Shown piece by piece: positions 1 to 8,509 of a stretch of 32,491 bases of DNA (positions are counted from its first letter, which is position 1; each line of letters begins with the position of its first letter). Origin of the DNA: Prochlorococcus sp. AG-355-B18 (GTDB taxonomy: Bacteria; Cyanobacteriota; Cyanobacteriia; PCC-6307; Cyanobiaceae); NCBI GenBank assembly GCA_003280965.1, contig QCDI01000013.1, positions 1 through 32,491 of the forward strand, read 5' to 3'. The position numbers and the translations under genes were made by a program. The notes under the pieces were generated by a model. That model was given only the letters and a program-made list of their open reading frames with translations. It made no database searches and had not been told where the DNA came from.

Positions 1-586
1 GACTATCAGTATAGGACTTTTTACAGCATTAATAACGATAATATTCTCCTTAATAATTTCCTTAGCTAGACGCCCAAATAAAAGTTTATTTCTAGGAATA
101 ATTACAAACCTCTCTGGAATAGGTTACGCAATCCCAGGGACGGTATTGGCTTTATCATTAATAAGCATTTCTTCTTCAAAATTTAATTTCATTGCTATTT
201 GCTTACTAATTTGGGGTTATCTTGTCAGATTTCTAACTATTTCTAAAGGTTCTATTGATTCAAGTCTTGAGAGAATTTCTCCTAGTATTGATGAAGCTGC
301 TCTTGGGCTAGGAGAGAGTTGGCTGGGAATAATCAAAAGAATTCATCTACCACTCCTACAAGGACCAATATTTGTAGGATCTCTCTTAGTTTTTGTAGAC
401 ACGATAAAAGAACTACCGATAACATTTATTTTAAGACCATTCGATTTTGATACATTATCTGTGAGAATATATCAATATGCTGGTGATGAAAGAATGGTAG
501 AAGCGATTTCACCAGCCATTCTTATCATGGTTTTAGGCCTTATCGCATCATTGACTTTGATTCCAAGTTTAGAGAAAAAAAACTAA
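1..586 (+). CDS. futB: Fe(III) ABC transporter permease (FutB/FbpB family), 5'-truncated by the window edge
   Basis: The frame is open from position 2 (TISIGLFTALITIIFS...GIGYAIPGTVLA), so the ORF-track start at 146 is internal. It has the EAA loop (SIDEAALGLGESWLGIIKRIHLPL) and KELPITFILRPFDFDTLSVRIYQYA, typical of iron/thiamine-type ABC permease C-termini. Confidence 0.85.
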   Translation, partial: TISIGLFTALITIIFSLIISLARRPNKSLFLGIITNLSGIGYAIPGTVLALSLISISSSKFNFIAICLLIWGYLVRFLTISKGSIDSSLERISPSIDEAALGLGESWLGIIKRIHLPLLQGPIFVGSLLVFVDTIKELPITFILRPFDFDTLSVRIYQYAGDERMVEAISPAILIMVLGLIASLTLIPSLEKKN

Positions 587-1536
587 ATTTTTTGAAAAAG
601 TTTTCTTATTATCAAAGGCAAGCCTAACAACAAATCTGCCGAGGTAGATATGATCCTAAAATAAATTAAACTTACAAGGATTAGATTTTGTGGAATAATT
701 CTCCCAACAAAAAAAAGGAGAAAAGCTTCAAAAACTCCAACCCCACCTGGAGCTGTCGGCACTACCAAGCCTATAGACCATGATAAAGAAAAAACTGCTA
801 ATAGATATATGATGTTGAGGTTATTATTTGTGTAAAAAGTATTTAAACAAATATAAAACCCAATAAATTTAGATAAAACAAAACCAATTTCAAGAAATAA
901 TGCTCTGAGAGGAAAAAAAGAAATTATATTTATTCTCCCAAATTGGTCTTTTGAATTTGCAAGTCTCAAAACCTCAAATACTTTCCCCTTTAGAGATCCT
1001 AGTTTTTTTAATACAAGATAAATTAATTTCCTATTTAAAAATAATAAAGGTAAAATTAAAAAAAAGTAAAGTGGTGAAAAAATTACTCCCAATGATGCCA
1101 AGAGGAAAGATCCACTCAACATAAAGTAAGGTTCTATAAGTGTCGAATATAGTGCAATCTGAGGATTACTTATTCTTTTTATAAAATTAAATCTTTCAAC
1201 AAAATGCCAAATCCCTCCTGGGACATATTTAAGAACATTAGTTAAAACATAAAAAGAAACTAGATTATTATTGTTAAATTCTTCTCCGAACCACTTAACT
1301 ATATATTTCCATGCATAAGCGTTAAGGTAAATACTTAAAACACAAAATATAAATGATATAAGTAGATCAATTCCATTTTTTTCTAAATTTATATCAAAAG
1401 AAATTTGATCAATATTATAAAAAAAATAAATGCAAAAATATAACAAGCTAGAAAGAAAGAAAATGCTCTTTAAACCACCAAAATTAATTTTTTTAAGAAA
1501 TTTCCAATTTGATAGATAACTTATATAGAATCTCAT
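583..1536 (-). CDS. Flippase-like / lysylphosphatidylglycerol synthase TM domain (UPF0104) membrane protein
   Basis: 317 aa, multi-pass hydrophobic, with family motifs KYVPGGIW and PTAPGGVGVFEA...YFRIIS. Its ATG overlaps the larC stop (ATGA). Confidence 0.75.
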   Translation of the reverse strand: MRFYISYLSNWKFLKKINFGGLKSIFFLSSLLYFCIYFFYNIDQISFDINLEKNGIDLLISFIFCVLSIYLNAYAWKYIVKWFGEEFNNNNLVSFYVLTNVLKYVPGGIWHFVERFNFIKRISNPQIALYSTLIEPYFMLSGSFLLASLGVIFSPLYFFLILPLLFLNRKLIYLVLKKLGSLKGKVFEVLRLANSKDQFGRINIISFFPLRALFLEIGFVLSKFIGFYICLNTFYTNNNLNIIYLLAVFSLSWSIGLVVPTAPGGVGVFEAFLLFFVGRIIPQNLILVSLIYFRIISTSADLLLGLPLIIRKLFQKI

Positions 1537-2760
1537 TTCCAGTGTTCAAATGCTGTGAAATTTTTATTTGACTCTTTTATTATTCTTCTTATTTCGTCAG
1601 TGGATATTTTATGCTCTTGTTGTAATCTCAAAACTTCGTCATTTTCTGGTTTCATTGTTACTGATCCATCTGGTTTCAAAGTCTGTTTAACTTTTATATT
1701 TCCAAAATCAGTTGAACATTCTCCTCTCCTCCTAAGTAATATCCACCTAGATTGTATCCTTTCACGAACTCCAATAGTATTGGAATAATTAAACCATAAT
1801 CTCCTAAAACATTCTTTTTTTTCTATTGGCAAGATTGCTTGAATAGAAAATCCAATTCTATTTTTTTTTCATATTTATAGATTGATAAGAGACGTCATAA
1901 GCTCCCTCAATTCTAAGTTTCTCTACAAAATTGGATATATCTTCAGGTGTTTGGTCATCAATCCATGCTTCTTGAACAGATATCTCTTCACACTTCGGAT
2001 TAATTTGTTGATTAGAAGAAGAATCCTTGGATGAAGAAATTTTATAAACTCTAACCAAATTGGGAAATGGGAATCTTAGGTTACCAATGCCTACTCCATA
2101 AGAGTTTACAGAATATTTTGAAGGAGGTTGCACATAGTCGACTAAATTAGAAAGTAAAGCAATCCCAGTTGGTGTAGATAGTTCACCCTCTATTGAATCA
2201 AAACTTGATAAAACCTTAATTTTTTTTTGTGTTATTAGCTCTATTACAGCAGGAGATGGTACAGATAATTTTCCATGCTCAGTTTGAACAAAACCTTTCC
2301 CCAACATTGGTTCATTACAATAAACCTTCTTTGGGTTTAAGTAATTTAATGCAGCACATACCCCTATGATATCCACTAATGAATCTATAGAACCAACTTC
2401 ATGAAAATGAACATCCTCAGATTTGATGCCATGTACTTTCCCTTCTGCATTTGCTAGGGATTCAAATACTTTAAAAATTATTTGTTTTAATTTATCTTCT
2501 AATTTCCCATTTGAGATAAGTTCTTTAATACTTTTCCAAGTTCTTTTAGTAGGACTGCAATCAATATTCTCAACTTTTGTCTTTATCCCTCTTATTGAAC
2601 AACTTTTTGATTCTTTAAACTCTAGATGATAAAGATCCTTTAATCCAATATCAAAAAGTGGCTGTTCAATGACTTTTTTAGGCACTCCTAAATCATAAAA
2701 AGCTCCTAACAACATATCTCCAGAGATCCCCGGAGAACATTCAATTATAACATCTTCCAT
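1533..2760 (-). pseudogene. larC: Nickel-pincer cofactor nickel insertase LarC (DUF111), interrupted by a +1 frameshift in an A9 run at 1861-1869
   Basis: The N-terminal ORF has GISGDMLLGA, AEGKVHG...VHFHEVGSIDSLVDI, ELSTPTG and WIDD. It ends ATG AAA AAA AAA TAG. The next frame reads KKNRIGFSIQAI, then continues into the 1533-1832 ORF (TIGVRE, GNIKVK, KPENDE). Removing one A gives a single 408-aa ORF. This could be a true frameshift, recoding, or a sequencing error. Confidence 0.85.
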
Positions 2761-2811
2761 AAATCAAATATTTATTGACTTGTAAACTGCCATGAAAATC
2801 AACATTTTATT

Positions 2812-3411
2812 TTATTTATTTTCAGAAAGATTTTTTTCAATAACTTCGTACTTGATTAAATTCAAAGCATTTCCATCTCTGTTAATATCTAAACTTACAA
2901 AACTATTGAGAAGTTCAAGAGATAGCTCCCCTTTTATAACTAATTTAAAATTTTTATTTTTTAAATTTTTTAACTTTGAAACGGAATTTATTCTAATAAC
3001 AATTTCTTTCTTTTGAGTGTTAACAAAAACTAGTTCTCCCCTTACAGAAAAATAATTATCTTTTAAATCTAATTCTTTTAGTAATTTGGAAAAGTTAGTT
3101 TTGGAAGAATTGTTTGGGAAATCATTCAATTGATAAGGATCCCAAATACCCGCAACCTGCAAATGCAAGTTTTGAGTATTTTTATTCTTTGGATAGACAA
3201 CCCAATAATAACTTTTCTTCAAATCAATATGTTTTTTTAGAATTGATAATGCTTTACCTAGTACTACTGTTTCAATTTTTTCGCCTTTATCATCAATTAA
3301 AAAGCCTCTATTTAACTGCTCTATATCATGTGGAGTATATTTACCATTAATAATACCTATTGCTCTGTATTGCAATTGATTAGTAACTTTTGGGATAGGA
3401 TTTTTTAACAT
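2812..3411 (-). CDS. Conserved cyanobacterial hypothetical protein
   Basis: 199-aa ATG ORF with the motifs QYRAIG and WVVYP...LHLQVAGIWDP, which I recognise from a conserved cyanobacterial hypothetical family. Confidence 0.75.
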   Translation of the reverse strand: MLKNPIPKVTNQLQYRAIGIINGKYTPHDIEQLNRGFLIDDKGEKIETVVLGKALSILKKHIDLKKSYYWVVYPKNKNTQNLHLQVAGIWDPYQLNDFPNNSSKTNFSKLLKELDLKDNYFSVRGELVFVNTQKKEIVIRINSVSKLKNLKNKNFKLVIKGELSLELLNSFVSLDINRDGNALNLIKYEVIEKNLSENK

Positions 3412-3441
3412 ATTAAAAATTTGAAATTAAAATTTATAGTT

Positions 3442-3735
3442 TTAAATTTCTTTTTTTTCCTCCAAACCATTAAATGACTTTAACGCATCATCAATAGCAT
3501 CAGAAGGATTGGTAGCATCATTCATACTATTTTGTCTCCTAATCATTTCTACAAGTTCAAATGGATTGGATGGAATGACTGAACTATTCTCATCTCTTTT
3601 AGTTGATGTATCGATTTCTAATTCATCAAATAAATATTCAGCATTAAGGAAATCACCTTTTAAGAAAACTAAAGGAATAAAAAAAAATATCAATGGAATT
3701 GATTTTGAAGCTATTTTGCAAAAATAATTTTTCAT
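3442..3735 (-). CDS. Hypothetical protein, probably secreted or membrane-anchored
   Basis: ATG at 3735 (the ORF track extends it to a TTG at 3750). Hydrophobic N-terminus followed by PSNPFELVEMIRRQNSMNDATNPSDAIDDAL. Confidence 0.65.
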   Translation of the reverse strand: MKNYFCKIASKSIPLIFFFIPLVFLKGDFLNAEYLFDELEIDTSTKRDENSSVIPSNPFELVEMIRRQNSMNDATNPSDAIDDALKSFNGLEEKKEI

Positions 3736-3806
3736 TTTATTTAATTTCAAAATTCCTTAACGACAAAAATTTTTGCTACCTTAATTTTACATAATTTGGT
3801 AGAAAT

Positions 3807-4652
3807 TTGTTAATAGCAACTTGGAATGTTAACTCTATAAGAACCAGACTTTCACAAATAATGGATTGGATAAATCGAGTCAATCCAGATATTTTATGTT
3901 TGCAGGAAACAAAAGTGATGGATGATAGTTTCCCAGTTGAACCTTTTGAAAAATTAGGATACTCAGTGGAGGTCTACGGACAAAAATCATATAATGGTGT
4001 TGCTATTATTTCTAAAATAAAAGCAAAAAATGTTAAAAAAGGATTCTACGGTTTTACCGACTCTGATCAAAATATCGAAATTTTTCTAGATCAAAAAAGA
4101 TTAATTTCCGCTGAAATAAATGGTATTAAGATCATAAATGTCTATGTTCCAAATGGATCTTCTTTAGAGTCTGATAAGTTCGGATACAAAATTGATTGGT
4201 TAAATTGTTTAGCTTCATTTTTGGATCAGCAAGAAAAAAAAGGCGAACTAATTTGTCTTATGGGTGATTTTAATGTCGCCCCATCAAACTTAGATATTCA
4301 TGATCCCAAGAAATATGAAGGCGGAATAATGGCATCTGAAGTAGAGAGAAATGCACTTAATAATGTTCTGAAAGAGAGATTAATAGATGCTTTCAGGATT
4401 TTTGAAAAAAATACTGGTCATTGGAGTTGGTGGGATTACCGTAATAACGCATATGAATTAAACAAAGGTTGGAGAATAGACCATATCTACATAAGCAAAG
4501 AATTATCATCAAAACTTAAAAGTTGTGTCATAGACAGCTTACCAAGAGGAAATTTACGTCCAAGCGATCATGCCCCCGTAATGATTGATCTTAACTTGAA
4601 CGACACAAATTTAGATATTTTTGAAGATGAGGAAAATTTTTTCGAAATATAA
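3807..4652 (+). CDS. xthA: Exodeoxyribonuclease III
   Basis: IATWNVNSIR, LCLQETK, NVYVPNG, MGDFNVA, GWRIDH and SDHAPV motifs; TTG start. Confidence 0.95.
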   Translation: MLIATWNVNSIRTRLSQIMDWINRVNPDILCLQETKVMDDSFPVEPFEKLGYSVEVYGQKSYNGVAIISKIKAKNVKKGFYGFTDSDQNIEIFLDQKRLISAEINGIKIINVYVPNGSSLESDKFGYKIDWLNCLASFLDQQEKKGELICLMGDFNVAPSNLDIHDPKKYEGGIMASEVERNALNNVLKERLIDAFRIFEKNTGHWSWWDYRNNAYELNKGWRIDHIYISKELSSKLKSCVIDSLPRGNLRPSDHAPVMIDLNLNDTNLDIFEDEENFFEI

Positions 4653-4805
4653 ATAAAATTAATTAGAATTTTTAATACCTGAAAACGCTTATTAATAAAG
4701 ACTTATCTAGGTTGATCTTGATTTCTATCATGATTTCCTAAAAATTAATAATTTACAATCCAAACTATCGCAATAAAAATATCATAATGTAGAATTTCAA
4801 TCTTA

Positions 4806-4834
4806 TTGACAAAATTTTTACTTATTTCTAATTT
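4806..4834 (+). promoter_or_regulatory. Candidate sigma70 promoter for hemL
   Basis: TTGACA (4806-4811), 17-bp spacer, TAATTT (4829-4834), about 40 bp upstream of the hemL start. Confidence 0.5.
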
Positions 4835-4876
4835 AGAACATGACAAATTTTTCTCAAAGCATCATTTAGTTAAATT

Positions 4877-6178
4877 GTGACTGACATATTAAATTGCACC
4901 AAATCAGAAGAAATTTTCTCTGCTGCACAAGAATTAATGCCAGGGGGAGTAAGTTCTCCAGTAAGAGCTTTTAAGTCTGTCGGAGGACAGCCGATAGTTT
5001 TTGATAGGGTTAAAGGCCCTTTTGCTTGGGATATTGATGGGAATAGATATATTGACTATATAGGAAGTTGGGGACCTGCTATATGTGGACATGCGCACCC
5101 CGAAGTTACAACAGCATTACAGGAAGCAATTGAGAAAGGTACCAGTTTTGGAGCCCCTTGCGTCTTAGAGAACAAACTTGCTGAGATGGTTATAAATGCT
5201 GTTCCATCTGTAGAAATGGTTAGATTTGTTAATAGTGGGACTGAAGCTTGCATGGCTGTTTTGAGGCTTATGAGAGCATTCACTGGAAGAGATAAAGTTA
5301 TTAAATTTGACGGTTGCTATCACGGTCATGCAGATATGTTTTTGGTAAAAGCTGGATCAGGCGTAGCCACTTTAGGTTTGCCAGATTCTCCAGGAGTCCC
5401 ACGAACAACAACTGCTAACACACTTACTGCTCCCTACAATGATCTTGAAGCAGTGAAAAAATTATTCTCCGAAAATCCAGATGCCATTTCGGGAGTGATA
5501 CTTGAGCCTATTGTTGGTAATGCAGGCTTTATTACTCCTGAACCTGGATTCTTAGAGGGATTAAGGGAATTAACCACTGAGAATGGATCCTTATTAGTTT
5601 TTGATGAAGTCATGACTGGGTTCAGAATCAGCTATGGGGGTGCCCAAGAAAAATTTGGTGTTACTCCTGATTTAACTACACTTGGGAAAGTAATTGGAGG
5701 AGGCTTACCTGTTGGGGCTTATGGAGGCAAGAAAGAAATTATGTCAATGATAGCCCCTTCAGGACCGGTCTACCAGGCAGGTACTTTGAGTGGAAACCCA
5801 CTCGCAATGACTGCTGGTATAAAAACTCTTGAGCTACTAAAGCAAGAGGGTACTTACGAGAAACTTGATGCAATAACTTCTAGATTAATTGAAGGGATAA
5901 TTCAGTCTGCAGATAATAATGGGATCGCTATTCACGGGGGTAGCATAAGTGCGATGTTTGGATTTTTCTTATGTGATGGACCAGTTAGGAACTTTGATGA
6001 AGCAAAAACAAACGATGCTGAACTTTTTGGAAAGTTACATAAAGAGATGCTTCAACGAGGTGTTTATCTTGCACCAAGTCCATTTGAGGCAGGCTTCACA
6101 TCACTAGCTCACAGTGAAGAAGAAATTGATAGAACGATCGAAGCATTTGACCAAAGTTTCAATGCTATAAAAAATTAA
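4877..6178 (+). CDS. hemL: Glutamate-1-semialdehyde 2,1-aminomutase
   Basis: [43 protein letters not shown] (PLP lysine) and [10 protein letters not shown]. Confidence 0.97.
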   Translation: MTDILNCTKSEEIFSAAQELMPGGVSSPVRAFKSVGGQPIVFDRVKGPFAWDIDGNRYIDYIGSWGPAICGHAHPEVTTALQEAIEKGTSFGAPCVLENKLAEMVINAVPSVEMVRFVNSGTEACMAVLRLMRAFTGRDKVIKFDGCYHGHADMFLVKAGSGVATLGLPDSPGVPRTTTANTLTAPYNDLEAVKKLFSENPDAISGVILEPIVGNAGFITPEPGFLEGLRELTTENGSLLVFDEVMTGFRISYGGAQEKFGVTPDLTTLGKVIGGGLPVGAYGGKKEIMSMIAPSGPVYQAGTLSGNPLAMTAGIKTLELLKQEGTYEKLDAITSRLIEGIIQSADNNGIAIHGGSISAMFGFFLCDGPVRNFDEAKTNDAELFGKLHKEMLQRGVYLAPSPFEAGFTSLAHSEEEIDRTIEAFDQSFNAIKN

Positions 6179-6190
6179 CAACCTATTATT

Positions 6191-6217
6191 TTTTTGCTTT
6201 AAAGAATAAAGCAAAAA
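6191..6217. terminator. Hairpin between convergent hemL and SPFH genes, possible terminator
   Basis: TTTTTGCTTTA-AAGAA-TAAAGCAAAAA: an 11-bp perfect stem with a 5-nt loop, 12 nt after the hemL stop. The stem is AT-rich and weak. Confidence 0.45.
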
Positions 6218-6252
6218 CAATTTATACTGATTGGGTATAAAAATAAATTAAT

Positions 6253-7056
6253 TTATCTTCTACCACCAACAATTACTGGTGGGCTACCTCCTTCTGATCC
6301 TGGTAATCCTGGAACAACTTGGGTACTACCGTCCCATTTGTCTAGAAACAACTTGAAAAGAACTTGATCGTCAAGACTTCTATTTAATGTTTCATATCTA
6401 AGAGCTTCTTGTTCTGCAATTTCTACTTCTGTCTTTGCTCTTAGTAATTGTTGACCCGCTATTTGCTTTTGTTCAATAGCAGCTCTATATTCCTCAGCAA
6501 TCTCTAATCCAGTCAAATCTAAACTTTTAACATCTACGTAATCGAATGAATTTAGTTCTTTAGCAACGGTATCTCCTACTTTCTCGGAAATAACTGCGAA
6601 TTCTGTAGCGATAGTCTCTAGCTCATATTGAGAAAAGACTGATTTGAGGGCTTTTAGTAAAGACGGCTGGACAATTTTTTGATAAACATCACTATTCCTG
6701 CTGGCAATTGTGGCGAAAATTCTTCCTGCTTCATTAGGCTTTACTGAATACTTGACAGTAGCTGTAGCCCTAATAACTTGAAGGTCCTTTGTTAAAGTTT
6801 CAAATTTTTCAGGTTGAACTTGAGTTTTAATATCAAATGGATATACAGACTGAATAAATGGTAGTTTAAAGTTCAAACCAGCTCTCCTGGAAGGACCACT
6901 TACTTTACCTAATGTTGTTACTACAGCTACCTGCCCAGAGGGGACTACAAAGAGAGACTGGGTGAGTAAAAGAAAGCCCGTGAAAGATAGGACAATCAAT
7001 AGTGTTGCTGTACCTCCAGGACCCGTTGGGGTGACATTTTTAAAGGATGTTGACAT
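6253..7056 (-). CDS. SPFH/Band 7 (prohibitin family) protein
   Basis: N-terminal TM, then VVPSGQVAV...GLNFKLPFIQ, TKDLQ, and YRAAIEQKQIAGQ coiled coil. Confidence 0.92.
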   Translation of the reverse strand: MSTSFKNVTPTGPGGTATLLIVLSFTGFLLLTQSLFVVPSGQVAVVTTLGKVSGPSRRAGLNFKLPFIQSVYPFDIKTQVQPEKFETLTKDLQVIRATATVKYSVKPNEAGRIFATIASRNSDVYQKIVQPSLLKALKSVFSQYELETIATEFAVISEKVGDTVAKELNSFDYVDVKSLDLTGLEIAEEYRAAIEQKQIAGQQLLRAKTEVEIAEQEALRYETLNRSLDDQVLFKLFLDKWDGSTQVVPGLPGSEGGSPPVIVGGRR

Positions 7057-7170
7057 TAAGATTTCTCTTTATATTTAATCATATTTAATCAAATTAATTA
7101 GTGCATTAATAAGGCATTTAATTAATATATTTTTTTAATAATTGTAAAAAGAGATTGAAATATTATTTAT

Positions 7171-7377
7171 TTAATTTTTAGATTTAAATGCTTGCAAAAG
7201 TTCTAAATAAAGACCTTCGTCAATCTCCCTAATATCATATTCTGAGGGCAAAACACCATGCTTATGCTCATGCACTGCCATCCAACAAAATTTTTCTATT
7301 TCTTCCTTTGAAAAGCGGGGATATTCTTTTACCTTAAGAAGTAATGACTTAATAAGAGATTCGGGATAATCTGCCAT
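7171..7377 (-). CDS. Small hypothetical protein (68 aa)
   Basis: ATG ORF co-oriented between yajQ and the SPFH gene; contains CWMAVHEHKHG. Confidence 0.7.
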   Translation of the reverse strand: MADYPESLIKSLLLKVKEYPRFSKEEIEKFCWMAVHEHKHGVLPSEYDIREIDEGLYLELLQAFKSKN

Positions 7378-7404
7378 ATCTTAAAAATATTATCATTCAA
7401 GATT

Positions 7405-7902
7405 TTATCTAAAGTTATTAGCCTTTAGCGGAATGTTCAAAGACTCTTCCAATTCACTAACAAGTTTAATTACTAATTGAAGATCATTTTTGCTCTTACT
7501 AGAAACCCTTAGTGTTTCTCCATTGATGCTGACATTAATTTTTTTTATTTGATCTCTAATATTTTTACTAATTTTTTTTGCTATGTCTTGTTTAATACCT
7601 TGTTTCAATAAAATTGTCTGCTTCACTTTATTGCCACTAACTATTTCAATTTGACAGTAGTCGAAAATTTTTAAAGATAGGTTTCTTTTTATTGCCTTTT
7701 GTCTAATTATGTCATTTACAGCATTTAGGTTTAATTCACTATTTGTAGTTATAAATATATTTTCTTTATCTAATTCAACTACAGTGTCTGTTCCTTTCAG
7801 ATCGTAACGTTGAGAAATTTCTCTTTTTACTTGATCCAAAGTATTAACTAATTCCTGTCTATCAAAATCAGAAACCACATCAAATGAAAAACTTTCTGCC
7901 AT
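7405..7902 (-). CDS. yajQ: YajQ family nucleotide (c-di-GMP)-binding protein
   Basis: SFDVVS, RYDLKG, QGI...AKKI, LRVSSKSKNDLQ and terminal NFR. Confidence 0.93.
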   Translation of the reverse strand: MAESFSFDVVSDFDRQELVNTLDQVKREISQRYDLKGTDTVVELDKENIFITTNSELNLNAVNDIIRQKAIKRNLSLKIFDYCQIEIVSGNKVKQTILLKQGIKQDIAKKISKNIRDQIKKINVSINGETLRVSSKSKNDLQLVIKLVSELEESLNIPLKANNFR

Positions 7903-7971
7903 ACTACATTTTTTTTAACGCAAGATCATTAATAGCATAAATATGATTTTAAAAAGGAGAAATGGATATAT

Positions 7972-8484
7972 CTAATCAAAAAATAACAAACTCACAACTT
8001 TTCCCATTTCTTCCGCGCATCTACAACTATTTAGTAAAGTTTCACTATCGTGAAATGCAAAACAAATTAATTGATCACACCTAGTAATAATTTCTTGATT
8101 ACAAAGGCTACTTGCGAGAGGCAAAGGTAATTCATCATTTTCACTTTTTTCAACTAAGTGCATAACCCTTTCAAGTTGATCCTTAATTTCAGGGATTTGT
8201 CTATCAAGACTTTGTGGTAATAAAACAGTCAATAATGATGGGTTAATATCTAAAACAGCACGAATAACCGCAGCATTTACCCCTTGAGATCCAGATGTAA
8301 GAATATTATGTCCCTCTTCTGCTAAAGACCTGGCTATCAGCTCAATTAAGTGAATATCAACAACTGGTACATGCCTACTCCCTAGAAAAGCAATCCTCCT
8401 TTTGCCGTTATCCTGGAGTTTTGCAAGTTCTTGAGCTAAGGCATCAACACCTTCTGTAGCTGGTAGATCTAAAGAGCGACTCAA
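7972..8484 (-). CDS. DprA/Smf-like Rossmann-fold protein (cyanobacterial 'DNA recombination-mediator protein A')
   Basis: RRIAFLGSRH, ILTSGSQGVNAAVIRA, CNQEII and LICFAFHDS; TTG start. Confidence 0.75.
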   Translation of the reverse strand: MSRSLDLPATEGVDALAQELAKLQDNGKRRIAFLGSRHVPVVDIHLIELIARSLAEEGHNILTSGSQGVNAAVIRAVLDINPSLLTVLLPQSLDRQIPEIKDQLERVMHLVEKSENDELPLPLASSLCNQEIITRCDQLICFAFHDSETLLNSCRCAEEMGKVVSLLFFD

Positions 8485-8509
8485 AATAAAATGGTTTCTA
8501 TATTTGAAA

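Noticed and set aside
1533..1832. 99-aa ORF as an independent gene
   Set aside because: It is the LarC C-terminus. The frame continues upstream to the A9 run and the TTG is an internal Leu codon.
3764..3775. Palindrome CAAAAATTTTTG in the xthA divergent spacer
   Set aside because: Low-complexity A/T runs, expected by chance at this composition.
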